A DNA stretch of 64,000 nt from Thermodesulfobacteriota bacterium. GTDB lineage: Bacteria > Desulfobacterota > Desulfobacteria > Desulfobacterales > SURF-7. Both the position numbers and the translations under genes were made by a program. The number at the start of each line of letters is the position of its first letter. Position 1 is the stretch's first letter. The notes beneath the pieces were generated by a model, which was not told where the DNA came from, ran no database searches, and saw only the letters and a list, made by a program, of their open reading frames with translations. The stretch is taken from contig JBMORA010000044.1 of the NCBI GenBank assembly GCA_049320885.1, positions 1 to 64,000 on the forward strand, given 5' to 3'. Positions 23,787-32,251 of this stretch are shown here, piece by piece.

Positions 23787-23837
23787 TATAGACTGAGTTT
23801 GTCTGAAAACTATACGATAATGAGTTAAAAAAGCTGA

Positions 23838-23878
23838 AAAAAAACCCGCAGTCCATTGCAGGTCAGCGGGTTTCTTTT
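23838..23878. terminator. Intrinsic terminator downstream of tRNA-Leu
   Basis: AAACCCGC...GCGGGTTT stem flanked by A and T tracts. Confidence 0.65.
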
Positions 23879-23916
23879 ATTAATGAAATTCAAATTTTAC
23901 CAGGAATGTAAAAATT

Positions 23917-24003
23917 TGGTGCCGGAGGCGAGAATCGAACTCGCATGGACTTGCGCCCGGAGGATTTTGAGTCCTCTGCGTCTACCAGTTTCACCACTCC
24001 GGC
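23917..24003 (-). tRNA. tRNA-Leu (anticodon CAA)
   Basis: GCCGGAGTGGTGAAACTGGTAGACGCAGAGGACTCAAAATCCTCC...GTTCGATTCTCGCCTCCGGCACCA, long variable arm, encoded CCA. Confidence 0.97.
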
Positions 24004-24016
24004 GTTGAGCTTTGAT

Positions 24017-24045
24017 TTTATAGTAAAATTGGTTTTAAAAGTCAA
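24017..24045 (-). promoter_or_regulatory. Sigma70-type promoter for tRNA-Leu, supplied by the island
   Basis: TTGACT-N17-TATAAA, same spacing to the tRNA 5' end as the copy at 62894-62922. Confidence 0.75.
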
Positions 24046-24218
24046 TAGCATGTTTTTGTAATAAATACATAATATTGTCAGATATATAGATCTATTGACA
24101 GACACGTGATCGTATCATGGGGATTTTGGCTTTATTTGGATAAATCGAAAAGAATTTGACCTTGACGGGCACAATTTAGGCACACAGAAAGCCTGGGGGT
24201 TTTAATCCCTGGTTTGAT

Positions 24219-24256
24219 TTAATCTTTTTTTATCGAAAAGTTAACGCGATCCTAAT
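24219..24256 (+). promoter_or_regulatory. Four 11-bp-periodic boxes (PhoB/OmpR-like site)
   Basis: TTAAT 24219, TTATC 24230, TTAAC 24241, CTAAT 24252. Confidence 0.5.
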
Positions 24257-24311
24257 AAATTCCATGTACTTATATTGCCGTAATAAGACGCAAAATAAGG
24301 AGGTATCTATA

Positions 24312-24404
24312 ATGAAAACAATTTTCAACACTTGGTTGGTAACCGTATTGTCTGCATCCTGTATCGTTTCCAGTGTGGTTTTGACGTTCTGGGATCTTCT
24401 CTAA
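24312..24404 (+). CDS. 30-aa hydrophobic peptide, not in the ORF track
   Basis: AAGGAGG at 24297-24303, 8 nt before ATG; MKTIFNTWLVTVLSASCIVSSVVLTFWDLL. Confidence 0.55.
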   Translation: MKTIFNTWLVTVLSASCIVSSVVLTFWDLL

Positions 24405-24446
24405 CCAGGGCGGTTCTTTGTGAAAAACCCAAACAGGAGCACATGG

Positions 24447-26861
24447 ATGTCAAAACCCCACAATGCGGCAGCCCACCTGCGTATTGTCAAACCCGACGCA
24501 ACCAAAAATTCCTTTCCGACGAATCTTGAAAACCTGATAAACGCCCTGGGCATCCGGCAAAGCTCTCCGGAACAGTTTATCGCATCCCTGCCTTTTAGCC
24601 GGGACGATACCACTGCAGGGACAGAGAACGAGTTGCAGACTGTGGTAATCGGCGGCCCTAACAAGGTGGATCTACCGCAATTCATACGGTCATCCAATTT
24701 TTACAAAAATACCGTCAAATATGCCGCCAGCGGAGACGCCCCCCGTCGATTCCTAAACGCCTTGGATACCCACCTGAACGAAAACCGGGACAATATCTGG
24801 GAAAACAGCTGGGTTCGAATCCCCCGGCAAGTCCTTTGTTCCTATGCGGATCGGATCTTTTCAGACGATTTGCGGGCTAATAAGCGCCATCCTGGAAGCG
24901 CCCGGCGAAACGACGCCGGACGGTTTTTCATGATCCAGGGCGGTGAGCAATTTATCCGGATACCGGTCAGTTATTTATTGAAACTGGCCTTGGCCGATGC
25001 CGTTGGAGAGCCCAAGACCCATCCCATCGTCCGGAAAACAGCCGAGGAGATGATGGGGCATTTTCTGAATGACAACACTTCTCCGGAAACCTATTCTTTC
25101 CATCCTGTTACCTTAAAACAACACAACGGCAATGGTCGCGCGGTAGCTGACGAGTCTTTGAAACGGTATTTACTAACCCAGCTTCTTACCCAATACGCCA
25201 ACACGCGTTTCCGCCTCGTGGAAAACGGTCAACGGGCTTGTGTGTATTTCGCTCCGCATCCGTTGTTACGCCAGAAAAAACTGAACAATCTCGTATCCGA
25301 CTCCTTCTATCGGGAATTGTTTATGAGTCCCTGCCTTTCCGGCTGGGATCGGGGGGAGGATAAATACCAGTATATGCGACTTTGCCATCGGGTGCTGTCC
25401 CTCAGTCAACTGAACGCGGTGGTGAAGCTCAAGGAAGCCGGCATCATTACCCGCAATCTGGTGGTGCTGCCCAATACGTCCAACACCAGTCTTGCCAACA
25501 ACGGTACCCATATCAGTCTTGGCAGCAAAAAACTGAGCCGAATCGTGGATGCTCCGGGATCCGGCGTCAGCAGTGCGGATGAGAAGTACGTTGGAGATCT
25601 GGTTATCAAGATCATGGAGCACTTTCTGCCGCTTTTTGTGGGTACGTATTCCGCCGCTCCCTACCGTTTCGACTATTGGGACTTTCATCCCGAGAAGATG
25701 CTCGGTTTTTTGCCCCACGAACTGGATTTCACGCATCTGCGGATGATGTGGCGCAGATGGCGCAAAAAGGCCGCTATTCGTTTCTTGGGCCGTTCCATGA
25801 CACCCTTCGGACCGGAAAAGATGGATCGCTTGATCAGCAAGGTCTTCCAGCTGAAGGGTGATTTTTTGTTCGACGTACGTCTGATGGATTACCTGGTGGC
25901 CTTGCTCAGTACTAATGAAAGTCCGGCATTGAACGGTATGCCGGAAAGCGATCTGAATCTGAAAAAGGATCTGGCCGATCTGGGTGTTTTTGATGAATCC
26001 ATGCCGCTGTATATGCTGTATCGTCTAAGGCGACGGAGCCAGATGGGTTTTTCCGGTTTTGAAGGACGGTATTACAGTGTGTTCGAAGACATCCGCCACG
26101 ATATGGGCAATGCCGTCAATCTCCAGCTGCTGCTGACCCTGCTGGCCCAAAAATACATATTCGGTAAAACCATCACCCACGGGGACATCCCCGATCATCC
26201 CACCCTGGAAAGCGAACGCCGGCAGATCTTTTTCGGGACCGCCATCGGAGTTCCGACATTCTATGTACACCAGGGCACCCGGAATCGAATGATGATGAGA
26301 ATACTGCAGCGCACCCGCAATACCCGTCTGAGCCGCCGTTACAACGGTTATATCCGGGTGCTGAACAAGGAATATCGCCGCGCCTTGGTGGCAGTAATCC
26401 GTGAAGACGGGGCGGATCTGATGGAGCATCTGGGGCTGTGGGAGACCATAACGGACCTCGAAATGCGCATCGACGAACCGGAAACCTACTCTGCTTCCGG
26501 CAGACTCATCCGTGGCATTCTCCATCAAGCCGGCTCAGGTGGTCCAGCCATGAGACTATCGGGCAAGGAGTTCAACCAGGCGGCGGAAAACTATTACCGA
26601 ACCACGCTCCATCAAAAAACATTCCGTGAAGCCTTGGGTGCCTTCAAGGATGACATCGACAAGCTGGATTCCTGGCAAACCTGGCGGGAAGGATATTATA
26701 ACCAGGCCCTGCTGGGAATGCTGGGGGGTGAGAGCGGCGGTGGATTTCTGAAGCGCCAGGAGCATGATCTGCTGCATGAATCCATCGGTGAGGCGGATTT
26801 GAGAAAGATGATCCAATTGATGATGCTCAGCATTCATCGGGAAATGGACCACGAAAAATAA
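24447..26861 (+). CDS. Conserved hypothetical protein, putative glutamine-synthetase/GCS-fold carboxylate-amine ligase
   Basis: TAGTENELQ (GxExE), NNGTHISLG (GxHx) and FEGRYY (ExR-like) in the expected order; AGGAG before ATG 24447. Confidence 0.5.
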   Translation: MSKPHNAAAHLRIVKPDATKNSFPTNLENLINALGIRQSSPEQFIASLPFSRDDTTAGTENELQTVVIGGPNKVDLPQFIRSSNFYKNTVKYAASGDAPRRFLNALDTHLNENRDNIWENSWVRIPRQVLCSYADRIFSDDLRANKRHPGSARRNDAGRFFMIQGGEQFIRIPVSYLLKLALADAVGEPKTHPIVRKTAEEMMGHFLNDNTSPETYSFHPVTLKQHNGNGRAVADESLKRYLLTQLLTQYANTRFRLVENGQRACVYFAPHPLLRQKKLNNLVSDSFYRELFMSPCLSGWDRGEDKYQYMRLCHRVLSLSQLNAVVKLKEAGIITRNLVVLPNTSNTSLANNGTHISLGSKKLSRIVDAPGSGVSSADEKYVGDLVIKIMEHFLPLFVGTYSAAPYRFDYWDFHPEKMLGFLPHELDFTHLRMMWRRWRKKAAIRFLGRSMTPFGPEKMDRLISKVFQLKGDFLFDVRLMDYLVALLSTNESPALNGMPESDLNLKKDLADLGVFDESMPLYMLYRLRRRSQMGFSGFEGRYYSVFEDIRHDMGNAVNLQLLLTLLAQKYIFGKTITHGDIPDHPTLESERRQIFFGTAIGVPTFYVHQGTRNRMMMRILQRTRNTRLSRRYNGYIRVLNKEYRRALVAVIREDGADLMEHLGLWETITDLEMRIDEPETYSASGRLIRGILHQAGSGGPAMRLSGKEFNQAAENYYRTTLHQKTFREALGAFKDDIDKLDSWQTWREGYYNQALLGMLGGESGGGFLKRQEHDLLHESIGEADLRKMIQLMMLSIHREMDHEK

Positions 26862-26914
26862 CAACCATGCTGGCGGGATCTGTTCACGCTTGGCATCACA
26901 GGAGGTCTGAAGAC

Positions 26915-27970
26915 ATGCGACCACTTGCCCGGCATCAATACATAAACCGAAAAACATCCGAAATCGTGGATGAAAATCTGTTTGGTGACCGGATTGTCAA
27001 CTATATATATGCTAACAACCGCGAGGACGCTTCGGTGCTCTTTCGCGCCTTGACATCGGCGTATGTATCCAAACTGCTGGCGTATTTCAATTATGACATC
27101 CCTCTGGGCGACATGTTCACGGGGGGGCGGAAACTGCTGCGCAAGCTGGGAGTAGATCTGTCGGAATGCCTGGAATCCGCGGATCAGTTGAATACGGCCC
27201 GCAAGGTGTTTGAACGTAAAATAAAGTACTGGGAGTGCCGGCCAATGGATACGGCAAGAGAGGTGATTGCTTCCCCGGCGGACGCCAGAATGATCGCTGG
27301 TTCGTTTTCTGATGACTCGCTTCTTTTTCTAAAGGAAAAATTTTTCGATTTTGCCGAACTCATCGGGCCGGACCGGCCGGAGTGGCGCGCAACCTTTCAA
27401 AACGGCGACTTTGCCGTGTTCCGCTTGACACCGGAAAAATATCACTACAACCACGCACCCGTGACCGGCATGGTCGTGGATATTTATGAAATCGGCGGCT
27501 GTTACCATTCCTGCAATCCGGGAGCCGTTGTGTGTCTGGCGACGCCGTTTTCCAAGAACAAGCGGGTGGTGACGGTTATCGATACGGACGTCCCGGGCGG
27601 CGCCTTTATCGGCAAGGTGGCGATGATCGAAATCGCGGCATTGATGATCGGTGACATTATCCAATGCTACAGCAAGACCGGATATGATAGGCCCCAGGAG
27701 GTTAACAAGGGTCTGATGCTTGAAAAAGGTCAGCCAAAAAGCCTCTACCGTCCGGGCAGCTCGGTGGATGTATTGATTTTCGAGCCCAACCGGATCCAGT
27801 TCGCCCCTGATATCCTCGATAATCTGAACCGCAGGGATATTCAGACCCGTTTTTCCAGTAAATTCGCAAAACCATTGGTGGAAACGGAAGTTTCCGTACG
27901 CTCGCGCATCGCGACAACCAACGACGATAGCCGCCTAAAAAATGGATTGTTCAAAGGAAAACTCTCATGA
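26915..27970 (+). CDS. Phosphatidylserine decarboxylase family protein (pyruvoyl-dependent)
   Basis: FERKI, SPADAR, RLTPEKYHYNHAP, NKRVV, PGSSVDVL self-cleavage-like site; AGGAGG RBS. Confidence 0.85.
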   Translation: MRPLARHQYINRKTSEIVDENLFGDRIVNYIYANNREDASVLFRALTSAYVSKLLAYFNYDIPLGDMFTGGRKLLRKLGVDLSECLESADQLNTARKVFERKIKYWECRPMDTAREVIASPADARMIAGSFSDDSLLFLKEKFFDFAELIGPDRPEWRATFQNGDFAVFRLTPEKYHYNHAPVTGMVVDIYEIGGCYHSCNPGAVVCLATPFSKNKRVVTVIDTDVPGGAFIGKVAMIEIAALMIGDIIQCYSKTGYDRPQEVNKGLMLEKGQPKSLYRPGSSVDVLIFEPNRIQFAPDILDNLNRRDIQTRFSSKFAKPLVETEVSVRSRIATTNDDSRLKNGLFKGKLS

Positions 27971-29019
27971 CCCATTCTGTTTTCATCCTCGCTATTCTCT
28001 TTTTCCTGTTTTTTTTGTTTCGCTGGGCATTTCGCGCATTGCCCATGGAGCACTGGCAGATCATCGGCGTGTTGCCGACCCAAAAAGATCCGGATGGGCG
28101 CTGGATAGGCATCAACCTGACATATTATGGTTTTTTTATCGCCACGGCCTACCTGGTCGCCACCAGTTTTGTGTTTGTTCTGCTGGGCGCCCTTTCTATT
28201 TCGGCAGGGGTGACGACCCTGTTGTTTCTATTCATTTGCCTGCCCGCGGTGCCCTCCTCCCGGGTCATTGCCCGGATTGTCGAAAAGAAACCCCACACCG
28301 CCAGTATCGGGGCTGCGTCCTTTGTCGGCATCATCCTGGCGCCATGGGCTGTTCTTTTAGTGAAGGGCCTTGCCGGTCTATTTAGCGACTCCGCCATCGC
28401 CGTTCTACCCACCTTGTCGGCCCTGATCATTGCCTATACGTTCGGTGAAGGCCTCGGCCGCCTGGCCTGCATCAGCTTCGGCTGCTGTTATGGCAAGCCT
28501 ATGAAGCACATTCCGGCGATCCTGCGGCGGATCCCGGGAATTCGGCCAGTTGTCTATAGCGGCGCTACCAAAAAAATTTCTTACGCCGACCATCTGGATG
28601 GCGAAGAAACTTTTCCGATCCAGGCGATCACCGCTGTTTTGTATTGCGGCATAGGGGTACTGGGTATCCACCTGTTTGTGGGAGAGCACTTCACTGCCGC
28701 TTTCATGCTGCTCCTGATCGTCACCCAGATATGGCGGTTTCTTTCCGAATTTTTGCGGGCTGATTATCGCGGTGATACCCTCATCTCCGCCTATCAAATC
28801 ATGGCCCTAATCACCGTACCATATGGCTGGTTCATCACGGCGGTTTTCCCCGGCGCTCCCATTGGCAACCTGGATCTGTTGCAAGGAATCAGTATTCTTT
28901 GGAAACCATTGATGTTGGTTTTCTTGCAAGGCCTCTGGCTGGCCATGTTTTGGTACAACGGCCGCAGCCACACCACCGGAGCAACCCTGCATTTTCATGT
29001 GAACTACGACAAAATATAG
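27967..29019 (+). CDS. Divergent prolipoprotein diacylglyceryl transferase (Lgt) family membrane protein
   Basis: TYYGFF, GLGRLACISFGCCYGKP, RFLSEFLRAD; multiple TM segments; ATGA overlap with the PSD gene. Confidence 0.8.
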   Translation: MTHSVFILAILFFLFFLFRWAFRALPMEHWQIIGVLPTQKDPDGRWIGINLTYYGFFIATAYLVATSFVFVLLGALSISAGVTTLLFLFICLPAVPSSRVIARIVEKKPHTASIGAASFVGIILAPWAVLLVKGLAGLFSDSAIAVLPTLSALIIAYTFGEGLGRLACISFGCCYGKPMKHIPAILRRIPGIRPVVYSGATKKISYADHLDGEETFPIQAITAVLYCGIGVLGIHLFVGEHFTAAFMLLLIVTQIWRFLSEFLRADYRGDTLISAYQIMALITVPYGWFITAVFPGAPIGNLDLLQGISILWKPLMLVFLQGLWLAMFWYNGRSHTTGATLHFHVNYDKI

Positions 29020-29291
29020 CAAGCCAAGATCCCTCGGGGCAACCCGTTGAAGGTTTCTGCATTACTTTTGTGGCAATCATATCTGCAGCCGCCATGGCGG
29101 CCGCGATTTTTTCTTTATGAATGCTGAAAATGACGATACCCATCCCTGTGGTTATCGAAGGAATGAAATATGGGCAAGTTCAGGGAGCTCGGCCCGTATC
29201 GTACCGACCTGAGAAGCGGGGAATGCCGTTTGTGTGACTGGGAATGATTCCTTTTAAATCGTTTCCATCTTAAATTATATGCAAAATGTCC

Positions 29292-29680
29292 TTATCGCTT
29301 CGAGCACCACTCCAGGGCCGCCATTTGAAACGGGTCCCACGGCGACGACAAGGGCGGCGTGCAGGAAAGATCCAGGTCGCAAAGCTCTTTTACGACCATA
29401 GTGTTATAAAGGGCGGTGGCAACGATGTCGACGCGCTTGGAAACCTCGGACTCCCGATGGCCGATCAGTTGGGCTCCAAGCAAGCGGCCGGTGGATCGAT
29501 CCCCGGTCAGTATAACTTGCAGTTCTTTTGCGCCCGGATAATACACGCTATGGTCCCAGGAGGTCAGGGACACACTCAGCGGATCAAACCCGGCTGCGGC
29601 CGCTTCCTTGTCACGCAGACCCGTACGCGTAGCTACCCGGTCGAAGACCTTAACCACTTGGGTGCCCAGGCTGCCCTGGA
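29292..29680 (-). pseudogene. C-terminal remnant of a CoA-disulfide reductase / NADH oxidase
   Basis: GSLGTQVVKVFD...YYPGA...GRLLGAQLIG...DLDLSCTPPLSSPWDP; FAD/NAD domains absent. Confidence 0.8.
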
Positions 29681-29783
29681 ATTCGCAAGAACATGACGAA
29701 TCAATAAGGGTTTGTAAAACAAAAAGTTCCGTTCCAGCTTGATGATGGTCGAAAAGGAGGAACAAAAGAAGCGAAGACATCGA

Positions 29784-30111
29784 ACGTGTCCAACGGTTCT
29801 AATATAATAGATAAGGGCATTGGAAAATCGGGGCTGTAAAAAAACAGGAATTCCGAACGTTTCACACAACTATTTTATATAATTAGATATAATTTGTATT
29901 TTTGATTGGACACCCCTTTTTCCGTTGGACAGGCCGATTCCCCGGATTGGACACCGATCGAATATTCATTTGGACAGTCAGCTCTTTTTCGTTGGACAAA
30001 CGAGTTCTCTACGAACAGGATGGCAAGCCCGGACCGATGCATGATGAACCCGTCCGAAACGACCAATTGGTGGATTCAAGTTGGTTTGGATATGGCTTTC
30101 AAGTGGCGGCG
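29784..30111 (-). repeat. Non-coding element with phased TGTCCAA repeats (copy 2)
   Basis: TTGGACA at 29906, 29925, 29947, 29970, 29992 and opposed TGTCCAA at 29787; homologous to 3983-4447. Confidence 0.85.
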
Positions 30112-30544
30112 CATGACTCCATATAAGCCAGGCCTTGGCTTCTATGTAGCGTGATTGGTGTTGATGCAGCCAAAGACAAAACGCTCATGATCCATCCCCT
30201 GGAGGCTATCCGTCCTGACGTGAGCGGCGGTGTTTCATCAAGCAATTCCCATCCCCATGAGGTACTGGCGCATTCCGAACACACCGACATCTAAACCTAT
30301 TGTTGTTGGGGTTTGGTTAATAGGTGGTTAAAATATCATTAATCGAAATAAAATCAAATGGTTTTATGACCAGTGTCGGCATCGGTGCGGCTGTACCGGT
30401 TTTTGTTTGCCGCCGTTTTTTCGGCGCGGACAAATCTTTTTTTAATTTGTTTGTGATTTCCGGCTAACACGGGCCGGATAAGCAACGGAACGGGAACAAC
30501 CATAAGGAGGGAAAACGAAATTCGGAAACAGGAAGGATGGGCTC

Positions 30545-30916
30545 ATGAAACCCAATAACCGGCTTTATTTTAAAAGAGTTCTCTCCGATCTGCTGCAATT
30601 GACGAGGGTCAGGGAAGGCAACATCATTCCGATCAATGCGGAATGGGAGGATCGCCAAGGGGATTTTTTGGACCGCGCTTCGGCCCACATGGAAAGCACC
30701 TATAAAAATCTCATCCGACAGCGATCCGTCATCTTCATTCATCGCATCGAGCAGGCCCTGTCGCGCATTGAAAACGGCAGCTTCGGCATCTGTGATGAAT
30801 GCGGGGAGGAAATTCCTGTGGACAGACTTAAGGCCCTGCCGGATACGGCTTACTGCGTCGGATGCAAGATGGAGATCGAACGCCGCGAGCGTGTGGAGCA
30901 AAGCATGGCTGGATGA
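30545..30916 (+). CDS. DksA/TraR-family C4 zinc-finger protein
   Basis: DFLDRA coiled-coil tip; ALSRIENGSFGICDECGEEI...RL...YCVGCK. Confidence 0.9.
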   Translation: MKPNNRLYFKRVLSDLLQLTRVREGNIIPINAEWEDRQGDFLDRASAHMESTYKNLIRQRSVIFIHRIEQALSRIENGSFGICDECGEEIPVDRLKALPDTAYCVGCKMEIERRERVEQSMAG

Positions 30917-31044
30917 AAGCGGGAAAAAAAAAGATCTGTCTTTTCCCCACGCACAAAAGCCGGGCCGCCATGGGATCGCCGGTCGGATTGATTACCTATT
31001 GTTTTCAGGTGGATGGCGTTTTGCCGACCCTTGCGTCCGGAGGT

Positions 31045-31082
31045 TTAACCGAAATCTAATCGACATTTTACGGGCCGCTAAC
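31045..31082 (+). promoter_or_regulatory. Four 11-bp-periodic boxes (PhoB/OmpR-like site)
   Basis: TTAAC 31045, CTAAT 31056, TTTAC 31067, CTAAC 31078. Confidence 0.55.
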
Positions 31083-31276
31083 ACAGCTTTTGTAAAGAAT
31101 CGAGGATAAACATCAGTCGGAAGCAAAATTTATAACAATATGAATTTAATTGCCATATTGAGATTCAAACATGGGAAACGGTAAAAGCACCCGGTGGCGC
31201 GCAGACGTTGCCGGCAATTTGAAACGAATCATGAACTGGATCAGCGTTTGCCATGTGGCAAGCGCGGGCGGTGAAA

Positions 31277-31984
31277 ATGAAAACATTTTTTTTGCGATGC
31301 ATGATTATGGGCTGTGTCTTCACGGGTTTGTGGATGAAACCGGCGGAGGCCTATTATATGGTGACGGAAACCGCCCGGCTGGAGGTGGAAGGCGCCACCC
31401 GGTTTTCCAGCACCCAGGAGGGAAGCCGCTATATCAAGCAGGATTTTCGCCTGACCAACACAGGCGAGAAGCCGTTGAAAGAGGTGGGGGTGGTCTGGCA
31501 GTTCCTGTATGCCGGTCCAGGGGCGTTTCTATATGACAATCTGGAGCATCGCTGGGAGCGGTCCATCACTCTCAACGGCGTTGAACAGACCTTGTGGCTG
31601 GAAGGCCTGACCTACGACCCCCTGAAGAACCCCGATGGGGAGAGCACCTACTTTTCCATGGGCCGGGACCAGTCGGATGCGGCCCTGGAATATGAACTGA
31701 GCGCCAGGGAGGTATGCCGGCTGGCGGAAACGGATGAGGTTCCGGTGTTCTGGCTTGGCGATATCGAGGCTGGCGGCAGCGCATTTTTTTCCCTGTATGC
31801 CGGCCAGGGGTTGTACCAGGAAGGGGTATATCAAGAAGGCTGGTCATTTTCCCCGGTTTTCCAGTATGTGGCCCAGGCGGCTCCGGTTCCGGCGCCGGCG
31901 GCGGTCTGGCTGCTGGGCAGCGGGATCGTGTCTTTCCATGTGCTGAGGACCCGGGGGAAAAAAAAGGAAAAACGAAACCGGTAG
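31277..31984 (+). CDS. Secreted VPLPA/PEP-CTERM-type sorting-signal protein
   Basis: Signal peptide ending AEA; C-terminus VPAPAAVWLLGSG + hydrophobic stretch + basic tail. Confidence 0.85.
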   Translation: MKTFFLRCMIMGCVFTGLWMKPAEAYYMVTETARLEVEGATRFSSTQEGSRYIKQDFRLTNTGEKPLKEVGVVWQFLYAGPGAFLYDNLEHRWERSITLNGVEQTLWLEGLTYDPLKNPDGESTYFSMGRDQSDAALEYELSAREVCRLAETDEVPVFWLGDIEAGGSAFFSLYAGQGLYQEGVYQEGWSFSPVFQYVAQAAPVPAPAAVWLLGSGIVSFHVLRTRGKKKEKRNR

Positions 31985-32046
31985 ACATACCCGCCAGCCG
32001 GTTTCGGTGGAAGGGCGGAAAGAATACGCGCAAGGCGGTGACCATA

Positions 32047-32220
32047 ATGGAAACAACGGACAAGCAGGCGCCCAAAAAAGACAAATCCAGTAAATATGCT
32101 AAATTTCTTCAATATTTACAGGGAATACAGGAAGAAAAGTTTACCGGTTACATCAAGATCAATTTTTCCCAGGGCCAGATCGGCCGGGTGGAAAAATTTG
32201 AAGAGATTTTAAAGAGCTGA
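32047..32220 (+). CDS. Small YezD/DUF2292-like protein
   Basis: FTGYIKINFSQGQIGRVEKFEEI pattern; in-operon position. Confidence 0.55.
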   Translation: METTDKQAPKKDKSSKYAKFLQYLQGIQEEKFTGYIKINFSQGQIGRVEKFEEILKS

Positions 32221-32251
32221 TCGAAGAACAACCATAAGAAAGAAAACGACC

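Noticed and set aside
30150..30294. VIGVDAAKDK resembling an IS110 transposase start and EVLAHS resembling a recombinase motif
   Set aside because: Too short; no further transposase or recombinase motifs
31195..31211. TGGCGC...TTGC as a sigma54 promoter
   Set aside because: GG to GC spacing is 12 nt rather than 10
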